NCBI RefSeq assembly: GCF_018977255.1
Contig: NW_024704742.1
Span: forward strand, 101,930,001-101,994,000
Source: Callorhinchus milii
Taxonomy: Eukaryota
Direction of reading: 5' to 3'
DNA: 64,000 nt
Part shown: positions 24,335 to 37,919 of the stretch, one piece after another
Layout of the letters: each line of letters begins with the position of its first letter
How positions within the stretch are numbered: position 1 is the first letter of the stretch
Made by a program: the position numbers and the translations under genes
The notes under the pieces: model-generated
Database searches by the model: none
What the model was told of the DNA's origin: nothing
What the model saw: the letters and a program-made list of their open reading frames with translations, nothing else

Positions 24335-24617
24335 TTCTTTTACGTTTGAGACATTGAACCGAGGTCCCATCTGCCTGTCCAGGTGGTTGTTAAAGATCAT
24401 ATGGCACTAATCAAACAGAGAAGTGAATTCTTCCCAGTCCCTGGCCAACAATCCTCCAGATAAAATTGATCATTTATATCATGGCTGTTTGTGGGACATT
24501 GCCTCTCACAAATTAGCTGTTGTGTTCACCTACAAAATACACTCTGCAATGTAGCCTATGAAGCACTTTGAAATGTTTCAACGACATGATAAAGCACTGT
24601 ATCAAATGTAAGGATAA
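24335..24617 (+). mobile_element. Deu-domain SINE, 3' two-thirds
   Basis: tgagacattgaaccgaggtcccatctgcctgtccaggtggttgttaaagatcatatggcact...ctggccaaca is Deu-like, followed by the shared 3' body and L2-like tail. Confidence 0.78.
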
Positions 24618-25757
24618 GTACGGTGCAGATGGTGTCTAATTCAGGAGATCTTGTGATCATTTTAAGAAACATGAATATCTTTTTCTGAACAAAAAGATTC
24701 TTTTTGGATTCTTACTGTGATGAACTTTTCAGATAAATGTTCCAGAATAAGGCCTCTGTTCATTATATGTAGGTGCATTCCTTTAATACTCATGTGCTGT
24801 ATGTGATGCTTATGTTGTATTTACATTACATAGGGTGTAATCCAGTTGTTTTATTTTGGATTTTATTGCTAAAATTCCTTTTTGGCTAAGCAGAAAATTC
24901 AGGAGCAGTCACACATGAACTTGAGTTTGTGTCTTTGCTATCACAGCATGCTTGCATTTCAAAATAAAGTATTCATAGTAGGGTAGGATGACTTTGCTGA
25001 AGGTAATGTATTCACTATTCAGCAGTGTTGTTATATAGCTGCCAGCAAGCGTTAATATTTGTGTGACATTTCTAGCCTATTGCAAATGTACTCAAATGCT
25101 TAAATCCATATGCTGGAAAAATAACTTTTTAATGGGAATTTGAGAAACCCAACACTGTATTAAGAGATAAAATGTAAAGGTCTTGATTCTCATTCCCCCT
25201 GTGGCTGTAACAATTTCAAGATGGAGCGATTCTGCTATTGCCTGTGTATCATGACAAAATGTGTACGCCTCTACTATTGTGCACATGGGACAGCCCTCAT
25301 TAAAGAAATGCATGGCCATTATGTGAATTTGAATGATATGCTCATGATGTACAGACTCCAGCTGTGGATAGTTATTTTTCAATGTGCATGATGGATGCTA
25401 AATAAAATTGTTGGAATTATGCAGTTTCTTTTCCTCCCGTCTAGTTGGTGATAATTTACCCTTCCAAAGTTTTGGCATTAAAGGGAATAGCATGCTCGTG
25501 TACAAACGCACGGTTACTACACTTTACAGTAAATTCTGTAAAATACTTTGGGAAGTCTCCCTGACAAGAAAGGCACTAAATCACATGCAATGATTATTAT
25601 TATGTTCCCGGGAAAGTTATTATATGTCCCAAAAGTTCACAAGAAGAATATTCATAAGTATGAAACAAAAATAGACCACTCAGCCCATCAAGTGGATTGG
25701 TTTCACAAACCAACTACAGTCCACTCTATCATGGACTCTACCAAATTTATTGATTCT

Positions 25758-25869
25758 TTTGAGGAATAATTTTTCAAAGTTATATCAATCTACACTCCAG
25801 AATCTGATCTTGCTTTGAGGAATGATTTTTCAAAGTTATATCAATCTACACTCCAGAATCTGATCTTGC
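25758..25869. repeat. Tandem duplication, 2 x 56 bp, one mismatch
   Basis: tttgaggaat(a/g)atttttcaaagttatatcaatctacactccagaatctgatcttgc occurs twice. Confidence 0.95.
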
Positions 25870-27263
25870 ACCCTATTTTATTTAGCCTTGAATATTTGCC
25901 TTCCTTGGCATGACATTTTCATGATTCAAGCAGCCCAGGAACCAATGAGTTTTAGTTAGCATTTCTTTACTTTTTTTATAAATCTATATCTTGTTCCTAA
26001 CCAGATATTCATCCTGCTATTTCCTTAAAGATGTTAATTGCTGCAGCATTAACTGCTTTATCTTAGAGTCTAATTTCCATATATCCTCCTGGGGGAGGGG
26101 GGGAATGAAATTTCTTCTAATTTAAAGTCTTGCTTAAGGCTGGTTAATCTTGGCTTCAAATTCGGTGTTTACAATCCAAATGAAATAAGACGATTACATC
26201 TATATTATACATTCATCTCAGCAGTTTGAAAATGTGGATAATGTTGGATAATGCCTCTTCAACAAGATGAGATAGATGATTATAAACCCCAACTTTGTTT
26301 CCCATATAATTACCTGAAATTGACAAGTATACACTATGAATCTAATTGAAAGGCTAATTTTGCATGCAATTTGGTGTGCGATTGGGTGTCTGAAATTTTG
26401 CTAAGGAGATATAACAGTATGAGTGGTGTTGGGAAGGGGGGTGTTGTCAGTTACAGGAACCATGTTTTATTTCAGTAAAGTATAAAATGGCTGCACCAAT
26501 AATTTCAGCACCAATGCAAATTAGTGAAGTTAAAACTAGTGGTCAGGGAATTTAGTTGCCAAGAGGAGAATTCCCCCCCCCCCACTTGTTTTTGCACAGT
26601 GTTGCTGCAGTTTATTTAAAGGTTGCTCAAGGATCAGTGAAGCCCGGTCAGAGGTCTTGTCCGTGCTACTGCTGTGATGGTTTTAGTTTATACATATCTT
26701 ATGTATATTAGTTTCGGGTTTGCTAATTATTGGTTGGTGATTACACCACAGTTCTAGTCAGAGTGAATGTAACATGATGACGCATTTTCCATCGACAAAA
26801 TAAAGGGATAGGTTATTTGGCCACAAAGGGAGAAATTAATAAAACAGGTAAAGGAATCATTGCAGATGAATTTCTAATATAAAAGTCATGCGGTGAATAA
26901 TGTCCTGCACTGGGATAGTCATTGATTAATGATAAAAATCCTTGCATTTGATGTAGTCTTATCATGTCATCGATACATCTCAAAGCATTTCACAGAGTAT
27001 ACAGGAAAGTGGTATTAGCTGTATGTGCTTTATAGCAAAAAGTGTCAGTGGCAGTCAGGAGGAACACCATTGCACAGTATTTCGGAGTGGAGTACACATT
27101 TCCCTCTTCTGATGCAATATATAGGGGGAGAGGAGGACGTTTCTCAAGATTACTTTGTGTGATGGGGATTCCAAATTTCTTTGGGAACACCCCTGCCAAA
27201 AAGAGTTGAATTGGGTGGGTTGGGATGGAAATGAGTGCCACTTTTCACATTAATTGTGAAATT

Positions 27264-27576
27264 GTGGAGTCCTGTAGCTAAGTGGTTAGAGCACTCACCT
27301 CTCAAGTGAGGGACCTGGGTTCGATTCCCGGCAGGGCGAAACCTTGGGCAAGTTTCCTTACTCCACACACCTAATAATAATCCCTCAAGAAAAAAAATAA
27401 TGAATCGGTCACTTCAATCCACGACTGTTTGTGGGACACTGCTGTGTGCAATTTGGCTGCCGCATGTCATCCACAAATATACAGTCAATTCACTTTACAG
27501 TATATTCTGTGAAGCGCTTTGAGACGCCTAGACGATGTAAAAAGCTCCATATCAAATGCAAGGATTATTATTATTA
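27264..27576 (+). mobile_element. Full-length tRNA-derived SINE, short form
   Basis: Head with canonical B box ggttcgattcc, body and tail. Confidence 0.92.
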
Positions 27577-28629
27577 ATTACAATATTCCTCCACTAATGT
27601 TGGCAGAATAATTTTCCCAAATAAGCGAAATCAAATCCCCATTGGTTAGGAATAAAAAAAGTGTTACAGTAATAATGGCATCCTCCAAAAGGTAACCTTG
27701 CTTATCTAACAAGGTAGATTGTGCAGGATAGACAGTTGCCATTTTCCAAAGGCTCCATCACAGCGTGCTTGTTGATATGCGGAGGTGTTGATATTTCACA
27801 TTCTACTCTTATCTGCATAATATTTCATGAACAGATACTGCTATCTGATATCCTGGGCTTGATGACACAATACAAGATTGATCAATGTGCCTGTCACTTC
27901 ATGCTTCACTGCAGAGAGATTTAATTATACCAGAATTCCCATGAGTTAAGGAGGGTTAAGAGATTAAAAACATCACTCTTAGGTGAGCTCATGATTGTCT
28001 GTAATATCAAGGAGGATATTACGGGAGGAAATCAAATTGGTCGTAAGGGCCATTTAGTTGACTGCACAGCATGTATAAAAAGTCTGTAGGAAGTACATCC
28101 CCAATGTACATAGTGGATAGAGCTGCGACTCAACAAGTACGGCAGCTCTGACAATACAGTAGGGGGACAGTAACCATAGGCATGGTCGAAAAGGAAGATC
28201 TTCAAGCGCAACCTGAAAATGGGGAGAAAGGGGGCAAGGCAAAGGATTTGAGGGAGAGAGTTCCACAGCTTAGAGCTGAGGTTAGAACCAGGTTGAGTTC
28301 ACTTGTCTCAGCCAGGCCTGCAACAGTTAGGCAAAATTGGCTATGGCCTTTCCAGGGTTAGGAAGAGCAAAATCAACCAAGTTTCCTGGTTCTGATCCCT
28401 GTTCAGCAGCCCATCTTGGTAGTGTGGATGCGTAGAGAGGTGGCCTCTCTAATAAGCTACCGTGGATCCGCACTCCAGCATGAGAAATGAAAAGGCATAG
28501 GCAAGAGGAAGAAAATTAATTGGGACATACTAATTTTAAAAAATTCTCTAGGAATACCCACTGGTGGTTGACAGCAATTGGGAAAAAATGGTTGGTCCCA
28601 TTTGGTGACGGTTTATGTGAAACTGATAT

Positions 28630-28976
28630 ATAATAATAATAATCCTTGCATTTGATATAGCGCCTTATTATGTCTTCAAGACGTTTCACAGAATATAATG
28701 TAAAGTGAATAGACTATATTTTGTGGGCGAAAGCAGCAGCCAATTGAGCACAGCAGTGTCTCACAAACAAACGTGAATTGAGTGATCAAATTATTATTAT
28801 TTTTATAATGGCTTATTACTGCCAGAAAGCAATCCACCAATGGACTAACAAGCTAGGTAAACAGAGGCGTGTGAAGTAAGGAATCTTGCTTGAAATTTTC
28901 TCCTGCCCGGGAATCAAACTCGGGTCCTCTCGCTTGCAATGCGAGTGCTCTAAACATTATACTGCAGAATTCCACA
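28630..28976 (-). mobile_element. Full-length SINE (long form), apparently inserted into an older + strand SINE whose tail resumes at about 28976-29105
   Basis: Reverse-complement head, CORE-like segment, body and tail, immediately followed by aaattggctgcc...gtgaagtgctttg...tcctcccaacatgaa. Confidence 0.8.
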
Positions 28977-31900
28977 AATTGGCTGCCGAGCACACCTATA
29001 AAATACACGATCACAGTGTACACTCTACAGTAAATCTTGTGAAGTGCTTTGTAAGGTCCTCCCAACATGAAGTGGGATATATCAGGTGCAAAGTTGTTTT
29101 CTTATTAGTTCTCAACAGCACCACAGAACACAGGCAGGAAATTCAAAACTGAATTTAAGAATTTTGTAAAATTCTGCCTGACCTTTGAAGACAGTAATCT
29201 TCAGGGATGAATGAGGTTGCCAAGTCCAAAATGAATTTTTTCTTGGTTTTGTACCACTTGCTTTATGGCATCATTTAATGCAAAGCAAAGGGATTTAAAA
29301 AAAAGTTCTGCACGCAGTCACAAATAATATTTCAAGCTATTTTCAAAATAGCAGCGACAGCAGGAAATTACTTGTGGAGGCACCTTAGAGATGATGTGGA
29401 AATAAAGGTAATTTACTGAGTAGTGCTGTGTAAAATTTCCAGCTTTGTCAGCTCCCCGATGTCAAATGCCCACTGTCATTGGAGAAAGTACCTTTATGCT
29501 AGTGCTGCTGCATTCACAACTTCAGAAATGTCACGTTACACCAAAGTCCTGTTTTCAGATGGAGGTTAAAGATTCCTTGACAGTATTTGAAAAGAGAAGG
29601 GAATTTTCTCCTGGTTTTCTGGCCAATGATTCCCTGGATAAATTGGTCAGTCGTCTCATGAGTGTTTGTGGAACCTTACTGGCGGAAATGCCAACGAAAA
29701 CAGTCGTGGCGCTTAACAGTCAAAATAAGAATCACCCTTGATATGTCCCTATAACTTCGAAAAATGTCAAAGTGCTTAATAGATATTTGCTGCCTGATGT
29801 AGTAATTATGTTTGTAGGCAAATCCTGATTTGTAAAAAGCAAGTTCCCAGAACACTCATGAAGTAAATGATGAATTTATCTTGCGATTTGTTGGCCAGGA
29901 CACCAGGAGAAAGTCCCTTCCCTTTTCAAAAAGTGGACTGAACTCAAACCCGACATAGGGGTTGAACACAAACCCTTTGTACCCCGAGAGGAGAGTGCTA
30001 CCAACACATTATTTGTGTCAGACCAACAAATAGATCGAACCATTTTTTGCTTCAAGGAAGTTCAAAAGTGGCTTGACGTTGACAGAGATGTCATTAGCAT
30101 TGCTGTGTTGTTGAGGAATGAATACTGGGACACCTCATTTGGCTGCCTGGATCAGCTGGTGCCCTCAAACCCCAACAAGAGTTCTCAGCAGGAAGCCAGT
30201 TGTGCATGTCAGCGCCTGACCAGCGCACTCCACAACCAATCTATGTATCTGCCAAACACCCACTACTTTTATTGCAATCTCCAGCAGTTTAATTTGCTTC
30301 CAGTTCTCCAGGACCGAGAGAGGGAAAAATCAAGAGAGCTTTTTTTGAAATCACATTTGTGTCAACTGTCAATATAGGGAGAAAGGTCTATAGAGCTTTG
30401 TGTCAATTTACCCACCACCCCCCACCTCCACCACTTCTACCTCTAATATTATATTTTAGCCCCAAACCTGTTAAGATTCACAGGTTAGAATATGGTTTTA
30501 TAGGCCATGCGCCAGCTTTATTACCAGTGTAAAATCAAATGGGTGAGAACAAAATATAATAATCCTTAAATTTGTTATAGCATCTTATCACGTCTTTGAA
30601 ATATGCAGTAAATGCATTAAAGGTAAACCTGATCACTGTAAATCAGAGAGTGCAGTTCCACAGTTATCAATGATTTGACGTTTGAACCTGCTGATCGCAC
30701 TCCGAGAGAAAAAGATAATTTGTCCAGTTCTCTCTTACTTTTTACTGCTTTAAACAGACAATGCAGACGGCTTCTTGCATTCTAACCTCCAAACATACCA
30801 GACTTTGATCTTTTATTTGAATGAAATGTTATTTTACAGGACTTTATATCAGGTACAATGGACTTTATTCAATATCTTTGATAAACCTTTTGTAAAAAAG
30901 TCTGCTTTATTCTATTGCCTGTGGACTGAAGGCTGACCTTCTCTACACAAAAAAAAGATTTAAGTGGCAACACCCACTTAAAAATGTTCCTTTTATACAT
31001 TGGCTTCTTTTAACTGTTTGGTGTCAGTCGACTGAACTCTGCACCAATCTTGAGTACTGAAGGAGTCAAAGCACCAGTTAATAAGCTTGCTTCTTTCTAC
31101 ACTTGTATAATTGGTGGTGCTTATTCATTCATGCTAAGAAAAAATGGTGGGCTAAGATGATTGACATGCTGTGAATTTTAGGTTCATAGGAACTTAGGAG
31201 TGTACAGGAGTGGGATCAAAATTGTGAAAACAAATAGATTTAAATGTAAGTGCCTTGTTGGTAATACCGAATAAAGTTTGAAAGATAAAAGTAGGTTGTT
31301 TAAAGCTGTGTAGTAGAGAATGTATAATTTATTTTGCACATCTTTGAAATAAATCCCTGATTGTTTTGTATACTTTTCATGTTAGACTCCTGATTATATG
31401 TTTCTTTTTCTATTCCCTTACAATCTGACAATGGTTCACTTACAAGATATACATCTTGGAATCTATTGATGCAGCAAACTGAATTAAATAGTAAACATAA
31501 ACATGTTGCCCACAAAATACTCTGCCACCCCCCTTTACAGTATATCCTAAATAATTTGTAGAGTCTTGTAGCTCAGTGGTTAGAGCACTCGCCTTGCAAG
31601 CGAGACACCGCTTCCAATCTCCACCAATCTTCCACACTAGTCATAGGATAGGCGGGGGGGCCTCATTGATGCAAGGTGCCATGTTATGGAACGAGTTATC
31701 TGATCAGTTTTAGATTGTAAGAACTAACAAGAACTTCTAGAATGCAAATAGTTACATGTTAAGAGGAGTAACAAGTAAAGTGGAGTTCCTTATTAACATT
31801 TTGCATGGGAAATGGCCAGGATATTGACATCATATTGACGGCCAGGATATTGACAACTTAACTGATAGTGACTAGTTAAGCAGGGTCAAGTTATCATGGG

Positions 31901-32913
31901 ATATCTTTTAATGCCCATCTGAATAGGCAGATGAGACCTTAATTTAATATCTAAATGAAGGGTACTTTCAGCAATACAGCGTTCCACAAGCACTGCATTG
32001 AAGTGTCAACTTAGACTTTGAGCTCATAGTCCCTAAGTGTTACCAACTGTGCCGTGGAGACTGCACAAACAGTATTGTATTTACAAATAAATATTGATCT
32101 AGAAAAACACACCAATGAAACCATGCTTTTCTGTTTTTCCCTCTGTTTTGTTTAAATTCCCAATCTTTACTTTTTCTATTCACACTTGGAAAACTCTTAT
32201 CAGTATCTGTCTCCTGGGTCATTTTGTGGTCATTTAGTAAAACATGATGATGCATCTTTCCTCACGGATCCACCAAACTGTTTGCCTTCTTATGACTGGG
32301 AAGTGCAGGTACACACTAAAATGTCAAACCACATGAATTTCAATTCATTTTTCTTATAACAAAACATATTTTCATTCTGTGTTGATGCATTATTTTAATC
32401 CATCAGACTCAGATGGTTCTACATATTTTTATTAGGGAGGTGCAATGTTGTTGTTGTTGCATTGGCGCATGTACAAATATGATCAGAGGTTTAAAGTTAA
32501 CTAGGGTAAGAAACAAGGATCTTTTCCCTAGGGAGGAGGGGAGGATACTCAAGTCTGTAAAAACACAAATCAGTGGAGCAGTGATAATTAATTAGGAAAA
32601 TGCAGTAATAGTAGTAACCACTATCTACCACAAGAGGCACCAATTTGCATTTCTGCTGGATATTCACAGGCATTTTAGAGCATTGAATCGTTCAGAATGG
32701 GGATTTCATCAAAGACTTTCTGTGTTTTCATTTGATTTCTTCCCCGTATTGGACTTTTGTGCCCTTGCAGCCCTTTATTTTGTCTGCATGGGATTGTATC
32801 TGGATAGATTATTCAAATCTAATTATTTCATTCAGTTACATTTTATTGCAACATTTAAAAAAAATTATTCAATTTATTTGGCACATATTGTTAATTAGTA
32901 AATGTTTATACTT

Positions 32914-33117
32914 GATAATCATAATAATAATCCTTGAATTTGATATAGCGCCTTTCACGTCTTCTAGACGTCTCAAAACGCTTCACAGAATATATGAATT
33001 GACTGTATATTTGTGGGTGAAATGCGGCAGCCAATGCGCACAGCAGTGTCCCACAAACAATCGTGGATTGAAGTGACCAATTTTTTTATTGTTTTTTCTT
33101 GAGGGATTATTATTATT
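32914..33117 (-). mobile_element. 5'-truncated tRNA-derived SINE
   Basis: Reverse complement of family body and tail. Confidence 0.85.
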
Positions 33118-34059
33118 GATATTTTGTGCCCCCACTTTAATATTTTACATTAGAAACTTTGCAAGCGTATTTGGAATGATTCAGAGTTATTTTCAAAGCT
33201 TTCAAAGCATTAATTTATACTTTGGTTTGCTCTTTTAAGTCTCAAGGACGCAAAAGATTTTTTTGAAGGTAGTAATACAAGTCAGTGCTTAATCTGCGCT
33301 ACCTGGCAGACATTCTACAGTGGTTCACCATTAGCAAAGTAATCTGAAGTAGTCATGCTGGGGTATAATTAGCATCCCCTAATGCAATAATTATTCTTTC
33401 GGGAACAAGTGGTTGCTTTTGAACCAGGCGCTTTCAATTCTATTTTCTTCACAGTAATGCTTCATGTTGTGCACTGTGCCTTTGAGATTAGTGCATATAT
33501 TTGCATTTGACAAAACAGAGACAAGTTTTATTGCAGAGAACTAAAACAACACCTGTCAATCTGCAGAGAATTAAAAATAACATGTATACAGAAAGGTGCA
33601 AACACAGAAAGAAACCTTTTCCATGCCATGTTGGCGAGTCGAATACATACCTTTTAACTGAACTGATTAGCTATCCCACTCAGCTCCTGTTAACCCTAAA
33701 AGTCAAAGCCCAACAGCCGGAGGTGGTGCTAGCTGGTCAAGGAGCAGGCAAGCTTGCCAGCAGCAATATCAATGACAAGGTGTGCATTTTTAGTTTGTTA
33801 AACTCCAGCAGTACCCCCAATGCACACTCTAGGGTCCCTTAAATTTGGGCTCTTGTTGACCTGTACCTAATATTCTCCAGAATTAGGAAAACAAGTTGTG
33901 TCCTTCCAGGGAGAGAATGTGCATTACATTTCAGTCATGGGAATTTGCATTTGAATGGGACGCATGGAACTCTCAGTTTTGTTTCGATACTCTTGAGCAT
34001 GATGATGGAAATTATTTCCCATGTGTTAGATGCCCAGCTGATCACAAACAAAGTGTAGA

Positions 34060-34622
34060 CATTAGAATACATTAGAATATACAGCACAGAAACAGGCCAT
34101 TCAGCCCAACTGGTTTATTCCGGTGTTTATGCTCCACATGAGCCTCCCCTTGCCCTTCCTCGTCCTCCCGACGTGAAAAGCGCTATATCAAATTATTATT
34201 ATTATTATAAGCCTTCAAGCATAACCTTCCATTCATTTCTCCCTCATGTAACTGTCTAGCTTTCCCTTAAATGCATCTATTTTATTTGCCTCGACAAATA
34301 CTTGTGGTGGCAAGTTCCACATTCCCACTATTCTCTGTAAAGAAATTTCTTCTAACTTCCCTATTTGATCTATTTGTGACTATTTTATATTGATGGCCCC
34401 TGGTTTTGGTCTCCCCCACAGGTGGAAACATCTTCCCTATGTCTACCCTATCAAAACCTTTCATAATTTTAAAGACCTCTATCAGGTCTCACCTTACCCT
34501 CCTCTTTTCAAGAGAAAAGAATCCAAGCACGTTCAGCCTTTCCTGATAGGTATAAACTCTCAGTTCTGGGATCATCCTTGTGAATCTCCTTTGCACCCCC
34601 TCCAGTGTCTTTACATCCCTTC
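34060..34622 (-). mobile_element. CR1 LINE 3' fragment carrying a roughly 48-bp SINE tail insertion (34161-34208, +)
   Basis: Peptide MKGFDRVDIGKMFPPVGETKTRGHQYKI...RRNFFT, CR1 3' UTR hairpin region and an octamer-like tail repeat. Confidence 0.88.
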
Positions 34623-34689
34623 TATACTTCTTAGATGAAGAATGTAGTTGAAGGTTCTAAATTGATTAATTTTAATTGATTATTATTCA

Positions 34690-35510
34690 TCTTTTTGGCA
34701 TGTTTTAAATCAACAAAGAGAGCTTAATTGAGTGTGCACATGGACAGATAACTAGCAATTAAGTTCAATATTGCAAGTTACTACATATAGGAAATAAGAA
34801 CAGGAAACACATGTGCTCCATGGATTGGATAGAAGTTGCTAAGGGGGAAGCTGAAAGAGATTTACGGGTTGACTATCGCTCACTATGTCAAAGCAGTATG
34901 AGGCTGGAATAAATAAGACAATTGGGATTCTGTTCTGCTAAATCAATTGAGTTTAGATTCCCAGACATCATATTCAGGCTGTATGGTGCTCTGGTCAGGG
35001 CGCATCCAGGCAGGGCAAAACCTTGGGCAAGTTTCCTTACTCCACACGCCTAATAATAATCCCTCCAAAACCAAAAACAATAATAAAAATTGGTCATTTT
35101 CAATCTACGACTGTTTGTGGGACATTGCTGTGCGCAATTGGCTGCCGCGTTCGCCCACAAATATACAGTCAATTCATTTTACCGTGTGTTCTGTGAAGCG
35201 CTTTGGGACGTCCTCCCGACGTGAAAAGCACTATATCAAATGCAAGGATTATTATTATTATTATTATTATCTAAAGTACTGCGTACAGTCTGGTCACAGC
35301 AAATTAAGTGGTGGGGGAGCTACCCAGGCCCTAGGAGCAGTACAGAGGAGAGTAACAAGAATGATCAACAGTGTTAGAGGAATGAACTATGAGCTATGAT
35401 TAGACAAGCCAGAGTTTTTCTGTCTTGAGAGAAGGTGACTCAGACGGGACCTTGTAAAGGTGTATAACATTTTTAATGGGGTTGAAAAAGTAAACCCAGA
35501 ACAATACTTT
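34690..35510 (+). mobile_element. Old CR1 fragment interrupted by a SINE
   Basis: Decayed ALVRAH|LKYCVQ...VQRRVTRMI peptide, homologous to LVRPHLEYCVQ...VQRRFTRLV of the young CR1. Confidence 0.7.
35005..35270 (+). mobile_element. SINE (short form, head truncated) inserted in the old CR1
   Basis: cagggcaaaaccttgggcaagtttcc...(TTA)n splits the CR1 reading frame. Confidence 0.9.
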
Positions 35511-37446
35511 AGCATTTTTAACTCAAGGCTGCTCATGAAACTTTGTTGGCACAAATTGTTGGATGTTTTTAGTTACTACATTTGACAGTAATTACTTTAA
35601 GATATTTCACTGTGATAAAAATCTATAAAAATGAAGGTAGGTGGTAAAGATCTCATGACACTCTTCGAAAAATGAAATTAATTTTTCCTGTTGTACTGGA
35701 CAGAAATTCTTCCAGATTAATTGGCTATTTTTTAAGTAGATCACAAGATTGGTTTGGATTAAGAAGGCTCTTCGGCCTTTCTGAACTCATCCTTACAGAA
35801 TACCCACCCTATCATCCTCACATCACATTATAAAGCTGCTTTTTTGAAATGTGGCTGATGTTCTGGTCTCAACCATGTTTCCTGGCAAATAGTTCCAGTC
35901 AATGGAAGAAGTGACATAGTTTAAGAGTTGCAAAGGGCAATTTCAGGGAAGACACCAAGAGTCAGGTGATTTTTCTTTATCCAGAGCGTAAAGAATGACT
36001 GGAACTGTTTGCCAGGAAGGGTGGTCATTCAATCCAATCTTGTGATCTATATAAAGAAAGTAACTATTTTTATAGATTTTTATCACAGTTTTATTGCCTT
36101 AAAGTAATTGCTGTCAAATGTAGTAACTGAAAACATCCAGCTATTTGTGCCAGCAAAGTTTCATGAGCAGCCATGAGTTAAATAGCCAATTAATCTGGAA
36201 GAATTTTTGGCCAGTACAACAGGAAAAATTAATTTCTTTTTTCGAAGAGTGTCACGAGATCTTTACCATCTACCTGAATAGACAGACGAGAGCTTAATTT
36301 TACATCTCATCCAAAAGATTGATTCTTTCAATATCCTTTTTTTTGCTTGCAATGTGCTTCCTTATATGTGGCCAGCAGAAGTAGCTTTAGCTCAGTACAC
36401 ATACAAGACAAGAGTCCTTCCTGTAGCAATGTATTTCTTATAGTTAAAGTCTATTATTTATGGGGCTGTTCCACTGGGAGCATAGCAGCTTGATTGACAC
36501 ATTGGTACATGAAGCTCAATCATCACAAACAGTTTGTTTCGATACTCTTGAGCATGATGATGGAAATTATTTCTCATGTATTAGATGTCCGGCTGATCAC
36601 AAACAGGACTGTGTGTAATTTGACATGAAACTACTCTGTGGTTATAATGAAGCCTCAATTGGTCACTGGTTTTAAGTACAGTGACATGACTAATTATATC
36701 TGTCGATAACTACTGTAGTCCACAATTGACTATTCCACTGATTCATTACTAATTCCTTCTCCTATTTTTTTTCAAAATTGGTCAGACTAGTATCTGACAC
36801 AAACGTAAATCCACCACGATGTTTAAGAATATGAAAACAACAACATCTTCCACTAATAACGCCTTCCACGCAGGGTAGAGTCTCAGAGCACAAACCAAAC
36901 TACTGAAAGTTACACATACACATGGAAATTTTTGTTTGCCTGAAACAGAGTGCACTCTCTCCCTGGAAGGACCCACCCTGCTCACCTAATCCCAGAATGT
37001 ATTAGGTACAGGTTGCCAGGACACAAGACTTGGGAGCCTATGCTTAAGTGTTGGAATACTGTTTGAGTTTAACCAGCGAAAACAGCGCAGCTTTCTGCTG
37101 CAAACTCTTGACTGGCAAACTTCCCATTCCTATTGATACAATGCCAGCAGGAGAAATAAGAGTATTTTAATGCCATGGCCTACAGCTTACTCTCAATTCT
37201 CCATGCTCATTTACACCTTCTGCCATGTGGTGTTAACATCAAGGCCAGAATAGATCCAATGTGTGAAATGAAGGAAAGGTTACAGGAAAGTGCTTCATTT
37301 CCATTTCCCTAACTTCATGACAGCTTCTGGATCAGTTGTGAAAATTCCATTTAAATGACAGTGTCACATTGGTAAAGCATCATTAGACTGGTCGGTAAAA
37401 GTGGATTGTACTTCATAGATTATGCAAAGCCTTACCATGAATTCAT

Positions 37447-37912
37447 AATAATAATAATCCTTGCATTTAATATAGAGCCTTATCCCGTCTTCGAGACGTC
37501 TCAAATCACTTCACAGAATAATAATAATAATAATAATAATAATCCTTGCATTTGATATAGCGCTTTTCACGTCAGGAGGACGTCCCAAAGCGCTTCACAG
37601 AACACACTGTAAAGTGAATTGACTGTATATTTGTGGGCGAACGCGGCAGCCAATTGCGCACAGCAATGTCCCACAAACAGTCGTAGATTGAAAATGACCA
37701 ATTTAATTATTGTTTTTGGTTTTTTGGAGGGATTATTATTAGGCGTGTGGAGTAAGGAAACTTGCCCAAGGTTTCGCCCTCTGCCTGGAATTGAACTCAG
37801 GTCTCTCACTTGCAAAGCGAGTGCTCTAACCACTGAGCTACAGGACTCCTATACTGTAAAGTGAATTGACTGTATATTTTGGGGGTGAAATGCAGTAGCC
37901 AATTGGGCACAG
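37447..37912 (-). mobile_element. Nested SINEs: a young full-length SINE (about 37518-37849) inside the 3' part of an older SINE
   Basis: The older copy reads ...cttcacagaata, then the young SINE, then atactgtaaagtgaattgactg..., which is continuous with the family consensus once the insert is removed. Confidence 0.9.
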
Positions 37913-37919
37913 AATATAT

